DNA from: a virus
DNA length: 64,000 nucleotides
IMG/VR virus record: IMGVR_UViG_3300025096_000009
Location: 15,618-79,617 of that record
Direction: 5' to 3' (one strand)
Within the stretch, counting starts at the first letter, position 1, and each line of letters begins with the position of its first letter. The position numbers and the translations under genes are program-made. Shown here piece after piece: positions 46,869 to 55,812 of this stretch. The notes below the pieces were generated by a model that was not told the DNA's origin, did not search any database, and saw only the letters and a program-made list of their open reading frames with translations.

Positions 46869-48682
46869 TTTTTACCTTCTTTAGCTTCACCAGTTAGAGG
46901 GCATTTCAAGTTGTAATACTCTCCAGCTTTACGGAATGAGTCAATCGCTAAGCTTTTATAAAGGTCTTCAAACTGGGGCTTAACAAGAGATTGAATCTCA
47001 TCATGGATGTGAGCAACAAAGGCAAAGTGACAAGCCCATCTTAAACCGGCTTCGTACAAATCTTTGTATAGGATACATGTAGCTTTTTTAACTGCAATAG
47101 CACCGGTTGATTGCAATAACTGGTTTAATGCGGAATGTCGTGATCTGATTTGTAGATGTCTACCATCTATCCCAGTTAAATATCCTCGTTGTGTGACACG
47201 TTCATCAACTTTGTCTTTTAGTTGTTTAATAGCAGGAAGATTTTTATAGAAAGTATTGATAGTTTCATAACCTAATTCTTTTTGTTTATGTTCACTTAAA
47301 GAGACATCTAATATAGAACCTAACTTCTGGGCCCCGGCTCCATAAAGTACCGCATAAATCATAGTCTTCGCAAGCTCTCTCGTCTTTTTATCTATTTTTC
47401 CTTTACCATCAAATATGCCAAATAGTTTTGCATTATGGGTATGAATATCAAAGTCATCAGTACTAACTAACTTCGCATATTCTCCTTCATCAAAGTAAGC
47501 TAATTGGGCACCTAGACCACGCAGTTCTAAACCACTAGCATCGGCTCCTATTAGTAGCCAACCTGGTGTTGCATAGAATAGGGCTCTACATTCTGCGCCA
47601 TATTGGTGACCAACTCTCGGAATTTGAGCCATATTGGGACCTCGATGGCTACATCTACCGCTGACACAGGCATTTGTAATAACTGATCCATGTATTCGTC
47701 CATCTTTATATTTTTGACTATGCTTCAACCATGCTTCCTTGCCTTCTGCAATTTGGCCTAATCTTTTGTTGAGTAATTGATATTCAGCTAGAAGAGCAGC
47801 TTCTGGATATTTTTTACCCAAGATCTCCAAGACGTCATCATCGACCTTAACATTCCCTTTTTCCGTCTTGTTGAATCGTATCTCAGGGTATTTCTCCCGT
47901 AGTCGCTCGGCAGTCTGCTTCCTTGAAGCGGGATTAAACGTTGTGACTTTGTCCTTAAGTCGCTTCCCCGTTTTCGTCGAAATACGTTCTTCCGTAATGG
48001 GAGGGAAAACCTTTTGTAGCTGTTCATCAATCTCCGTATGTCGTGTTTTAAGAGTGTTAACCAGAGCGAACGCTGCCTTTTCGTCAAAAGGAAATCCATA
48101 ATCCTCTTGCAAGGTCATAAGGATGGCGAAGGAGTGTTCTAGCTCGTAGCATCGTGGGTCTAGTTCCTGAGCGTTGAGGTAATTGTAGAGTTCTAATGAG
48201 ACTAGGGTGTCATTTTCACAATACGTTTGCATTTCAGGAGTCCACTTATCCCACTTGTCAGCTCCAGCCTCTACTGGAAAATCAGATTTATTGACATTCA
48301 GTCTTGCACCCCATGCACCTAGAGAATGCTTACCTTTATATTTAGCTTCAATATGAGAGAACTTTTGCTCATCTACTGGCTCTAATTCAGGCCATAGAAC
48401 ACGACTCATGATGAGAGTGTCACAGATCTGGGAACCCTTCTTCTTAGTCAGATGTGGATAGACCTTAGCTAATGCTCTGAAGTCAAAATTGATTATATTG
48501 TGACCAATAAGTAAATCTGCCTGAGAAATCAGGTGAATACCATTAACAATTGGTTCATAGCCTTCCTCGTTAGAGCAGCTATAAACATGGCCTGTGTCAA
48601 TATCTCTGAGCACAAGGCTGTGTACTTTATCCAACTGATGGACTAGACCGTTGGTCTCACAGTCCAGTACTAATCTCAACAT
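46850..48682 (-). CDS. DNA polymerase family A, T7 gp5-like (3'-5' exonuclease plus polymerase)
   Basis: ExoI DCETNG, GHNIINFD, YCEND; motif A DASGLELR, motif B RELAKTMIYAVLYG, motif C HDE. Confidence 0.95.
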   Translation of the reverse strand: MLRLVLDCETNGLVHQLDKVHSLVLRDIDTGHVYSCSNEEGYEPIVNGIHLISQADLLIGHNIINFDFRALAKVYPHLTKKKGSQICDTLIMSRVLWPELEPVDEQKFSHIEAKYKGKHSLGAWGARLNVNKSDFPVEAGADKWDKWTPEMQTYCENDTLVSLELYNYLNAQELDPRCYELEHSFAILMTLQEDYGFPFDEKAAFALVNTLKTRHTEIDEQLQKVFPPITEERISTKTGKRLKDKVTTFNPASRKQTAERLREKYPEIRFNKTEKGNVKVDDDVLEILGKKYPEAALLAEYQLLNKRLGQIAEGKEAWLKHSQKYKDGRIHGSVITNACVSGRCSHRGPNMAQIPRVGHQYGAECRALFYATPGWLLIGADASGLELRGLGAQLAYFDEGEYAKLVSTDDFDIHTHNAKLFGIFDGKGKIDKKTRELAKTMIYAVLYGAGAQKLGSILDVSLSEHKQKELGYETINTFYKNLPAIKQLKDKVDERVTQRGYLTGIDGRHLQIRSRHSALNQLLQSTGAIAVKKATCILYKDLYEAGLRWACHFAFVAHIHDEIQSLVKPQFEDLYKSLAIDSFRKAGEYYNLKCPLTGEAKEGKNWMETH

Positions 48683-48685
48683 GGA

Positions 48686-48919
48686 TCAATAGGAATACTT
48701 ATAAAGTCTTGCGATATTCACTATATCAAGATCTTCGATTAAGCCAAGCTTTTTGAATTTTTCGTTTATGCTTTTAATAGCAGTTAAGTTTGGTAGGCAC
48801 AAGGCTCTATTCAAGCCATTTGTTTCTTTCAACTCAATAAGTTCTACACTTTTCCCATCTTCAGAGATGCATAGAACTTTGTCACATTCGGGAGTGCATA
48901 AGACGTATCCTGTATGCAT
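48686..48919 (-). CDS. Hypothetical protein
   Basis: Tight operon packing. Confidence 0.55.
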   Translation of the reverse strand: MHTGYVLCTPECDKVLCISEDGKSVELIELKETNGLNRALCLPNLTAIKSINEKFKKLGLIEDLDIVNIARLYKYSY

Positions 48920-48922
48920 GGT

Positions 48923-49207
48923 TCAATCCTTGATCGAATCGGCATCAGGTATAGCCCGCATTAAGAAGATATCTAATGCAATGTGAACAAGAAGCGGTAC
49001 CATTTTAAATGCTTCTGGAGGTAATCCTCCAAAGAGAGCACTTAGTTTGTCACTTAAATCAGTCCTGTGAAGTTCTTCAAATTCGACTGATAGCATGTTT
49101 GCCACATTAAGAAAGAAATCTGCAGGTTCCTCATCTTGATGTTTTAGTTGCTCAACTATTTCCCAGAGCTTAGGATCTGATTGAATCAGTTTTAGTAATT
49201 CTTCCAC
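48923..49207 (-). CDS. Hypothetical acidic helical protein
   Basis: Tight operon packing. Confidence 0.55.
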   Translation of the reverse strand: MEELLKLIQSDPKLWEIVEQLKHQDEEPADFFLNVANMLSVEFEELHRTDLSDKLSALFGGLPPEAFKMVPLLVHIALDIFLMRAIPDADSIKD

Positions 49208-49208
49208 G

Positions 49209-49802
49209 ATGACTTATCGAGTACGCCGCAAGTTTACAAGTTCTACATTTTATATTGATGATCAAATCTGCAAAATCTGGTTTGATCCTGAGAGAGAATA
49301 TCGAAAAGGCTATTGGTTTTGGAAGGTTGGTTTTGCTGTTGGTAAATCTAAACGTCAATTAAATGATTGGTTTAATGAAAGAAATAATAAAAGGACTCGT
49401 CATATTCATAAGAAGATAACTGGCCGAACTGGTATGAAAGCTATTCGTAAAGGCTTTCAAGAAGTATTGAAATTACGCTGGATTGTTCAACCAGGAGACT
49501 GTATAGAGCTGGATTGCACATCCGGAGATCCTGAGAGGCAGTTTCATGCTTGGAGCCGCTGGCATAGATATCATCCCGAATGGGTTATTAATTATGAGAA
49601 GAAAATCTTTTATTGGTATCGTCCTCCTTATTACGATGACACAATTTGGAAGTCATTTAATATAGTTCCTATTACACCAGTTGATTGGGCAGCTAACACT
49701 GCTGGCGATGCTTATTTCAATTGTTTTCGTGCTTATCCTAAAGGAGGGGAATTATCCATGGAGCAAACTCTTGAGTTAGTTGGTCAGGTACTTCCTAGTT
49801 AA
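49209..49802 (+). CDS. Hypothetical protein
   Basis: 197 aa, W/R-rich. Confidence 0.55.
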   Translation: MTYRVRRKFTSSTFYIDDQICKIWFDPEREYRKGYWFWKVGFAVGKSKRQLNDWFNERNNKRTRHIHKKITGRTGMKAIRKGFQEVLKLRWIVQPGDCIELDCTSGDPERQFHAWSRWHRYHPEWVINYEKKIFYWYRPPYYDDTIWKSFNIVPITPVDWAANTAGDAYFNCFRAYPKGGELSMEQTLELVGQVLPS

Positions 49803-49992
49803 AATGACTTTTGATAATTACAGATCTATCGATCTATATCCACATAAGTGTGGAGTTAATCCCATTGCTCATGGATATCTAAGTAAGTACAAACCTTGGT
49901 ATTTTGATGGTAAATCAGTTTGGTGGGGCAGGAGTTATGAATTACGTAGTGAGGCTGAAGAAGCCGCATTAGTTTTGAAAGACAAGGTATAG
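49780..49992 (+). CDS. Hypothetical protein (start probably MTFDN, 49804)
   Basis: ORF following the previous stop. Confidence 0.5.
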   Translation: MVRYFLVKMTFDNYRSIDLYPHKCGVNPIAHGYLSKYKPWYFDGKSVWWGRSYELRSEAEEAALVLKDKV

Positions 49993-50010
49993 CAAGTTTA
50001 ATATATCCGG

Positions 50011-50120
50011 TGGGCCGCAGAAGAACAGTGTCAGGCCCTGGGGGGAGGTGTAGTTTTTACTGTTTCCTGCACCTAGCGAACGAGAGCCTTGCCGAGAGAC
50101 AGCGGTGGGGCTACTCCCCT
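50011..50120 (+). ncRNA. Unassigned structured RNA (hairpin plus three-way junction, possible kissing loop)
   Basis: GC-rich island; stems complete only with G-U on +; preceded by TTGAAA-N18-TAATAT. Confidence 0.65.
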
Positions 50121-50166
50121 TCAATATCTTAAGATTTTCTTTACATTTAATGTATCCGCATAAACT

Positions 50167-50194
50167 GTATCAATGACTACTAAATAGTTATAAT
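50167..50194 (+). promoter_or_regulatory. NtcA box next to a -10 element
   Basis: GTA-TCAATGAC-TAC (50167-50180), 8 nt before TATAAT (50189-50194). Confidence 0.65.
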
Positions 50195-50220
50195 TAACTT
50201 ATCTACACACGGAGAAAACC

Positions 50221-50361
50221 ATGAGGCGTCTTACTTATCGCGGCATCGGATACCAGAAACCTGAAGTTCTAGTTGATAGAAAGACTGTTTCGGATGAAAA
50301 GCATACTTATCGTGGAATTAAATTTCACTATGAAGCTATGAAGAAAAAAGTAGTTGCTTAA
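50221..50361 (+). CDS. DUF4278-like 46-aa peptide (not in ORF track)
   Basis: MRRLTYRGIGYQ...HTYRGIKF: doubled TYRG motif; GGAG RBS. Confidence 0.8.
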   Translation: MRRLTYRGIGYQKPEVLVDRKTVSDEKHTYRGIKFHYEAMKKKVVA

Positions 50362-50415
50362 ATTAAGCGATTGATATAAGCTTTTTCTGGGTTACTGCTC
50401 TGCCCAAAAAACATT

Positions 50416-50446
50416 AAAGCCTCACTGTCATAGGTGGGGCTTTTTT
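50416..50446 (+). terminator. Intrinsic terminator
   Basis: AAAGCCTCACT-GTCATA-GGTGGGGCTTT-TTT. Confidence 0.75.
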
Positions 50447-50484
50447 GATGTTTTGCTTTAAACTAAGTTAGTTATTTTTTTGTT

Positions 50485-50985
50485 ATGGATTACCCCTTTT
50501 TAGAAACATTAGAGGGGAATTGGCAAGATATTAAGCAGGAGCTTGATGATCTTTTATTTGATGAGGTTGATAAGGACGAAGACTACTTTCAACCGTGGCC
50601 AGAGAAGAATCTTTACTTAGGTACTTGGGATGTTTTTGGTTTATATAATTGGGACGAGAAATGCGAAGAGAACTGTGAGAGATGTCCTAAAACTACTGCA
50701 TTAGTTGAAGAGATTCCAGGCTTAAAGACTGCTGGTTTTTCAGCACTAGCACCTCATTCTCATATAAAACCTCATCAAGGATATTTAGATAATCCTGTTT
50801 TACGTGGGCATTTGGGTTTAATTACACCAAAGAACACTAGGACTTGTTGGCTCCGAGTAGATGAGACTACACACTATTGGGAACCTGGTAAAGCTTTTGT
50901 ATTTGACGACCACTTATGGCACGAGGCTCATAATGAAGGTAACACTTGGCGCTTTATCTTATTGTTTGATTTTTTACGCTCATAA
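50485..50985 (+). CDS. Aspartyl/asparaginyl beta-hydroxylase family 2OG oxygenase
   Basis: NWQDIKQE; CPKT; AGFSAL.P.SHIKPH; LRGHLGL; FDD...HEAHN. Confidence 0.9.
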   Translation: MDYPFLETLEGNWQDIKQELDDLLFDEVDKDEDYFQPWPEKNLYLGTWDVFGLYNWDEKCEENCERCPKTTALVEEIPGLKTAGFSALAPHSHIKPHQGYLDNPVLRGHLGLITPKNTRTCWLRVDETTHYWEPGKAFVFDDHLWHEAHNEGNTWRFILLFDFLRS

Positions 50986-51268
50986 TTTTTTCTTTAGTTT
51001 CATTTTGTCCAAGGAGGATTTTTTTTATGAGTTCATCTCTCTTGTGTCTGTTTTCAGGTTGAGAATAAAAGCTGTCTTGATAAATTTCTTTTATTGTCTC
51101 CTGATTATTGTCATGGGTCATCTGTCTCGCGTTTGAATTAGTGGTTCACGGACTAGATAGAACTATTGCGGCTGTTAAAAATACTTTAGGTTCATAAGCT
51201 TATCTAGCCCATGTAGACTTATGCTAAGCCATCTAACAGGCTTAATGATCTCTTAATTAATCATTATC

Positions 51269-52360
51269 ATGGGCACAGCCATTCAGCAGCGGGAGCAAGA
51301 ATCCGCGCTGCTACAGGGATGGCCGCAGTTCACTGATTGGGTTACATCTACAAACAACCGTCTCTACGTGGGATGGTTTGGTGTATTAATGATTCCCTGT
51401 CTTTTGACGGCGGCAACCTGTTTTATTATTGCTTTTATAGCTGCTCCTCCTGTTGATATTGACGGGATTCGTGAACCAGTCGCAGGATCTCTTCTCTATG
51501 GAAACAACATCATCTCAGGAGCAATCGTACCAAGCTCGAACGCCATCGGCATGCATTTTTACCCAATATGGGAAGCTGCGTCGCTTGATGAGTGGCTCTA
51601 CAACGGAGGGCCTTATCAACTCGTCATCTTCCACTTCCTCATTGGTATCGCTGCTTACATGGGACGACAATGGGAACTTAGCTATAGATTAGGAATGCGC
51701 CCTTGGATTTGTGTTGCTTATTCAGCACCAGTCTCAGCCGCATTTGCAATCTTCTTAATTTATCCGTTTGGTCAGGGAAGTTTTTCTGACGGTATGCCTC
51801 TAGGTATATCCGGTACATTTAACTTTATGTTTGTCTTTCAGGCAGAACATAATATTCTTATGCATCCATTCCACATGTTGGGTGTAATAGGCATGTTTGG
51901 TGGGGCTTTGTTTTCCGCTATGCATGGTTCTTTGGTCACTTCTTCCATTATTCGAGAGACTACAGATTCTGAGTCTCAAAATTATGGATATAAGTTTGGC
52001 CAAGAGGAAGAAACTTATAACATCGTTGCAGCGCACGGTTATTTTGGACGTTTAATCTTCCAATATGCCAGCTTCAACAACAGCCGGTCTCTTCACTTCT
52101 TCCTCGCTGCGTTTCCTGTTGTATGCGTTTGGTTCACTTCAATGGGAGTTTCAACTATGGCGTTCAATTTGAATGGTTTTAATTTTAACCAGTCAATTGT
52201 TTCTGCCGATGGAAAAGTGGTACCTACTTGGGCAGATGTTCTTAACCGAGCAAACCTAGGTATGGAAGTTATGCACGAGCGTAATGCTCACAACTTCCCA
52301 CTTGATTTAGCAGCTGCTGAGACATCTGAAGTTGCGCTTATTGCTCCGGCAATAGGTTGA
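51269..52360 (+). CDS. psbA: Photosystem II D1 protein
   Basis: [46 protein letters not shown]. Confidence 0.99.
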   Translation: MGTAIQQREQESALLQGWPQFTDWVTSTNNRLYVGWFGVLMIPCLLTAATCFIIAFIAAPPVDIDGIREPVAGSLLYGNNIISGAIVPSSNAIGMHFYPIWEAASLDEWLYNGGPYQLVIFHFLIGIAAYMGRQWELSYRLGMRPWICVAYSAPVSAAFAIFLIYPFGQGSFSDGMPLGISGTFNFMFVFQAEHNILMHPFHMLGVIGMFGGALFSAMHGSLVTSSIIRETTDSESQNYGYKFGQEEETYNIVAAHGYFGRLIFQYASFNNSRSLHFFLAAFPVVCVWFTSMGVSTMAFNLNGFNFNQSIVSADGKVVPTWADVLNRANLGMEVMHERNAHNFPLDLAAAETSEVALIAPAIG

Positions 52361-52390
52361 CCTCTTTAGAGTTACTCGGCTAAATTAAAC

Positions 52391-52458
52391 AAGGTGCATG
52401 GTTTTACCGTGTGCGTGTGTGCAAGATCTAGACCTGGGGGTGGTTCCTCAGGTCTTTT
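52391..52458 (+). ncRNA. Two-hairpin element after psbA (sRNA or psbA 3'UTR) ending in a terminator
   Basis: GTGCATGGT-TTT-ACCGTGTGC hairpin, then AGACCTGGGGG-TGGT-TCCTCAGGTCT-TTT. Confidence 0.5.
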
Positions 52459-52506
52459 CTTATGGTTATTACAAGTAGAATTAAAGAAAATATTTTTAAT
52501 TTTCAA

Positions 52507-53067
52507 ATGTCATATCAATATCAAGACGCTCAAGGTAATCCTTATGTGAGAGGCTGGGGAAATGACTTTACTGATGCGGAGAAGCAGAAATACAAGATTG
52601 GGCAATATAGAGAGGATTTACCCACTACTATGACTGGTGATACTAATCCTAATAGAATACCTTTTCCTGGTCCTGGTTTTGGTACAGGTGTAATGACCCA
52701 AGGTCCTGCTGGTCAGCAGCAAGCACCACGTCCAGAAGGATTTCAGAGAGTTGCTACTGGGATAGCTGATTGGTTAACTGGTAATAACTGGGACTTTGAC
52801 CAACGTGGAACAGGTGCAAAATTTTTAAATGAGATTACTAAAGTAGGTAAGGATCCAAATGGCAATACATTTTCAGAGAATGTTCCTAATATGGCTCCTC
52901 TTCCTGAGCTTGGAATTGATCCACTTGATATTTTAATGCAGGTTCCTGCACCTGGACAAGGAACAGGTGGTGGAAAACGTTATAACCCATATGAAGGACA
53001 AACGATCACACTTCCAGATGGAAGAGTAGTTGAAAGGACTCCTGAGAACTCAGTACCTGGACCTTAA
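52507..53067 (+). CDS. G/P-rich disordered protein
   Basis: Probable ATG 52507 after TAGAAT; contains GIADWLTGNNWDFDQRG. Confidence 0.55.
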   Translation: MSYQYQDAQGNPYVRGWGNDFTDAEKQKYKIGQYREDLPTTMTGDTNPNRIPFPGPGFGTGVMTQGPAGQQQAPRPEGFQRVATGIADWLTGNNWDFDQRGTGAKFLNEITKVGKDPNGNTFSENVPNMAPLPELGIDPLDILMQVPAPGQGTGGGKRYNPYEGQTITLPDGRVVERTPENSVPGP

Positions 53068-53069
53068 TA

Positions 53070-53699
53070 ATGGCAAGTCCGTTAGAGTTTTTAAAAAATA
53101 AAGCGAAGGATGTAGCAGCGGCTGGTCTTAATAAATTACCAGATCGTGGTAATCTTTTTCTTCGTTATATGACTGGTTTAGGGGATAGAAATTTAGATTT
53201 AGATGATTCAACTTTAAGTGGTCTTAGAGATAGTACTGTTGGACTTCCATCAGAACTTCGTGAAGAAAGAGTACATGGTCCAACTGGAACTACTTGGGAT
53301 GAAGCAAAGCCAGGTCCTTGGGCGCATGTTCCCCAATCTGGGGCTATTAATCCTTATGGGAGAGGATATGGTACAGATGTTACTCATACATTAGGTCGTT
53401 TTATGTCTAAGGTAAATCCTGCCAAGACGTTCATTAATTTAAAAGATACTTATGACATGGTGAATGAAGTAGAGGATCCAGATTTAGTTTCAGGAAAATT
53501 TCAACCAATTAAAGCATTAGGATCTTTACATGGTGCTGTGAAGAATATTAATTTTAATTCTGGATTGAAAGGTTTCTATCCAGAGGAAGTAGCTAGAGCT
53601 GGTATGTATTTATCTCCTTGGAAACCTAAACCTTATGAGGTTAATATAGATGTCCCATATTCAGGTGATATTAATAATAGAGAAGTTTATAATCGCTAG
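53070..53699 (+). CDS. Hypothetical protein (possible virion protein)
   Basis: 'TLGRF...LKDTYDM' motif; starts MASPLEFLKNK. Confidence 0.55.
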   Translation: MASPLEFLKNKAKDVAAAGLNKLPDRGNLFLRYMTGLGDRNLDLDDSTLSGLRDSTVGLPSELREERVHGPTGTTWDEAKPGPWAHVPQSGAINPYGRGYGTDVTHTLGRFMSKVNPAKTFINLKDTYDMVNEVEDPDLVSGKFQPIKALGSLHGAVKNINFNSGLKGFYPEEVARAGMYLSPWKPKPYEVNIDVPYSGDINNREVYNR

Positions 53700-53787
53700 T
53701 CTTCGTCCTTAGGAAAGAGTCCTTGTAAAAATAAAGCCAATAATAAATTAGTTACTAGCGTCCACATTATTAAATAGGTAAAATCGT

Positions 53788-53952
53788 TCACTCTTCTATT
53801 AGAACTGATTCGATGTAATTTGGGTGTTCTTGCAAAGCCTTGATATCTGATTTTGCTACTTGGATAGCTTCATAAGAGTCTGTGGCGTAGGTACAGATGT
53901 CTCTGTGTGACTGATCAGCTACGTGATAGCCGATAGTGTAGTGTTTAACCAT
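53788..53952 (-). CDS. 54-aa picocyanobacterial-type small protein (not in ORF track)
   Basis: MVKHYTIGYHVADQSHRDICTYATDSYEAIQVAKSDIKALQEHPNYIESVLIEE. Confidence 0.6.
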   Translation of the reverse strand: MVKHYTIGYHVADQSHRDICTYATDSYEAIQVAKSDIKALQEHPNYIESVLIEE

Positions 53953-54000
53953 TACTAGAACCGTGATTAGTTCTACTTTATGTGAGCGTATTTCTTGTTG

Positions 54001-54261
54001 TTAGCAATCGTAGACGACAAGGTCTTTACGAAAATCGTTAAGTCCTCTGGATAAGCACTCAATAGTAAATTCTCCTGTACTCATGTTGATCGGTACAATA
54101 TTTTCTTCTTTTAGTTCTGTTAAAAGTGAGCGTATTTCATTACGTTCATCTCGGTTATTCGTCATCGGATAAAGGTCAGGTGTGATGATTACTTCCATAC
54201 CGTTAATTCTACCCCTACCGATCGTCTTCAAACAATAGAAATTTCTTGACATCCTTATCAT
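54001..54261 (-). CDS. Hypothetical protein (start uncertain)
   Basis: ORF. Confidence 0.4.
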   Translation of the reverse strand: MIRMSRNFYCLKTIGRGRINGMEVIITPDLYPMTNNRDERNEIRSLLTELKEENIVPINMSTGEFTIECLSRGLNDFRKDLVVYDC

Positions 54262-54466
54262 CTGCCGTTGCTACATTCAAAATAGTTTTTAATTTTCTTT
54301 CTGCACTGAGTGCACGATCGCTCCAATGAGACATGGCTTTACCTGTGTTAGCCAATTCAGTCTCTAAGGCTGTCTGAAAGAGTGCAGAGGGGCTTATATT
54401 CTTGCCCGACTGCTTCCATCTCGTAGCCAATTCATCTGGCACAGAGACGCTTATAACGGAAGCCAT
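54215..54466 (-). CDS. Ribbon-helix-helix DNA-binding protein
   Basis: VISVSVPDELATRWK...NISPSALFQTALE. Confidence 0.65.
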   Translation of the reverse strand: MASVISVSVPDELATRWKQSGKNISPSALFQTALETELANTGKAMSHWSDRALSAERKLKTILNVATADDKDVKKFLLFEDDR

Positions 54467-54502
54467 TTCTTAATTAGTTATATGCCTACCAAAGATAGCA
54501 CG

Positions 54503-54769
54503 TTACTTATGTAAGTCAGCCACCCTTGGTTTATGAGATTCAGTAGCAGTAACCGCTATTGGTTCACTAACAGTGAGATTATTGGATATAGCTCTTAAAT
54601 CGTTAGCAAATTTTTCAGCTTCATCTATCGAGGAGAACTGGGGATGATGTGAACCTACATCTATGTGATAAACAAAAACGACGTAGCCAATTACTGGAAA
54701 TCCCATAGATAAGTCTTTATACCGATCAAACTTAACAGGTCTTGTGCCTAAAGCAAGTACATCAATCAA
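54503..54769 (-). CDS. Hypothetical protein
   Basis: ORF. Confidence 0.45.
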   Translation of the reverse strand: MIDVLALGTRPVKFDRYKDLSMGFPVIGYVVFVYHIDVGSHHPQFSSIDEAEKFANDLRAISNNLTVSEPIAVTATESHKPRVADLHK

Positions 54770-55004
54770 GATTGTCTAGTTCTTTACCTGGTCTGTATAG
54801 TCTGAAATACTTGTCGATCATTGAGATTTGATCATCCCACCTAGCAATTTTGTCTAGTTCTTCCTGCATGGCATGGGTTATATCAGGATGTTCACCAATA
54901 CCAACTGGGTTGGCCAGATAAACTTCTATATTTGCTTTGTGCATCTCAATTTCGCCTTGAGCATGGGATCTCAAAGCTTTCAATAACGTTTCTCTCATTT
55001 TCAT
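54762..55004 (-). CDS. Conserved marine phage small protein
   Basis: ALRSHAQGEIEMHKANIEVYLANPVGIGEHPDI. Confidence 0.65.
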   Translation of the reverse strand: MKMRETLLKALRSHAQGEIEMHKANIEVYLANPVGIGEHPDITHAMQEELDKIARWDDQISMIDKYFRLYRPGKELDNLD

Positions 55005-55192
55005 GCCAGTAAGAATGGACCTGACTTGTAATATACCTCTGGGTTATCTTTAACGGTCTGATCTGCTTCTTCGTGATCTGTAACTTTGATTACTTCACTA
55101 GTGCTTGTTGGTGATCCTTTGGTCAGTACAGCCCATGCAAGGCGTTTAGCTGGCTTAGATCCATTCATGTTTATCATGAGATTATTTTTCAT
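55001..55192 (-). CDS. Hypothetical protein
   Basis: ATGA-coupled ORF. Confidence 0.5.
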   Translation of the reverse strand: MKNNLMINMNGSKPAKRLAWAVLTKGSPTSTSEVIKVTDHEEADQTVKDNPEVYYKSGPFLLA

Positions 55193-55512
55193 TCGCGTAT
55201 TTAATTATGGAGGGAATAAACCTTTACAGTACAAACTGCTGTGCAATAAAAAACCACTGCTATGACTAGGTTTAGAAATCCCAGTCTAGTAGTGGTAAGG
55301 GTTTTGTCTTCTTAGAAATCTTTAGATTTGCTGTTATTCTTTTTTGTTTATTAGAGCTTGAAGTGCTTGCTGATCATTCTTTTCTAGAGCATTTGCTATT
55401 TGCTGTGAAACGTGATCATAATCACGGGACTTTGATCTTGTCCGACGCCTATATTCAAGACTTCTTTTGAAAGAACTTGGAGTAGTCATTAGATGGTGTG
55501 CAGTTGACCTAC

Positions 55513-55791
55513 TTAGGATATATCAATTTGGCTATTAGCGTGTAAAGGATCTACCTCTGGCGTTACATTCAGTGGTATAAATTGCTCTTTGATTGCTTTG
55601 AAGAGTTCTACAGTCTGATCCAGACTAAGTTCTTGCTCTCCATGAATATTATCGATGAAGAGAGGATCCTCCATCAATATATCCAAATTAATCAATATCG
55701 AATCTAATTTACTAACTATTGATTTATGGTGCTTGACCATATCTTTAGTCTGTTTCATGGCAGTGATCATATAAGTATATAAGTTTGCCAT
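55513..55791 (-). CDS. Hypothetical helical protein
   Basis: ORF. Confidence 0.5.
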   Translation of the reverse strand: MANLYTYMITAMKQTKDMVKHHKSIVSKLDSILINLDILMEDPLFIDNIHGEQELSLDQTVELFKAIKEQFIPLNVTPEVDPLHANSQIDIS

Positions 55792-55812
55792 GTAACTTTA
55801 CATCTAATTATC

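Noticed and set aside
50011-50120. HDV-like, hammerhead or hairpin ribozyme, SRP RNA, or glutamine riboswitch
   Set aside because: GCGAA follows a hairpin as in HDV, but P2/P3/P1.1 cannot be built; no CUGAUGA core, hairpin loop B, SRP loop or glnA consensus found
51174-51192. RpaB/HLR1 site upstream of psbA (and a similar one near hli, ~36362-36383)
   Set aside because: Half-sites are degenerate and out of register; not distinguishable from AT-rich background
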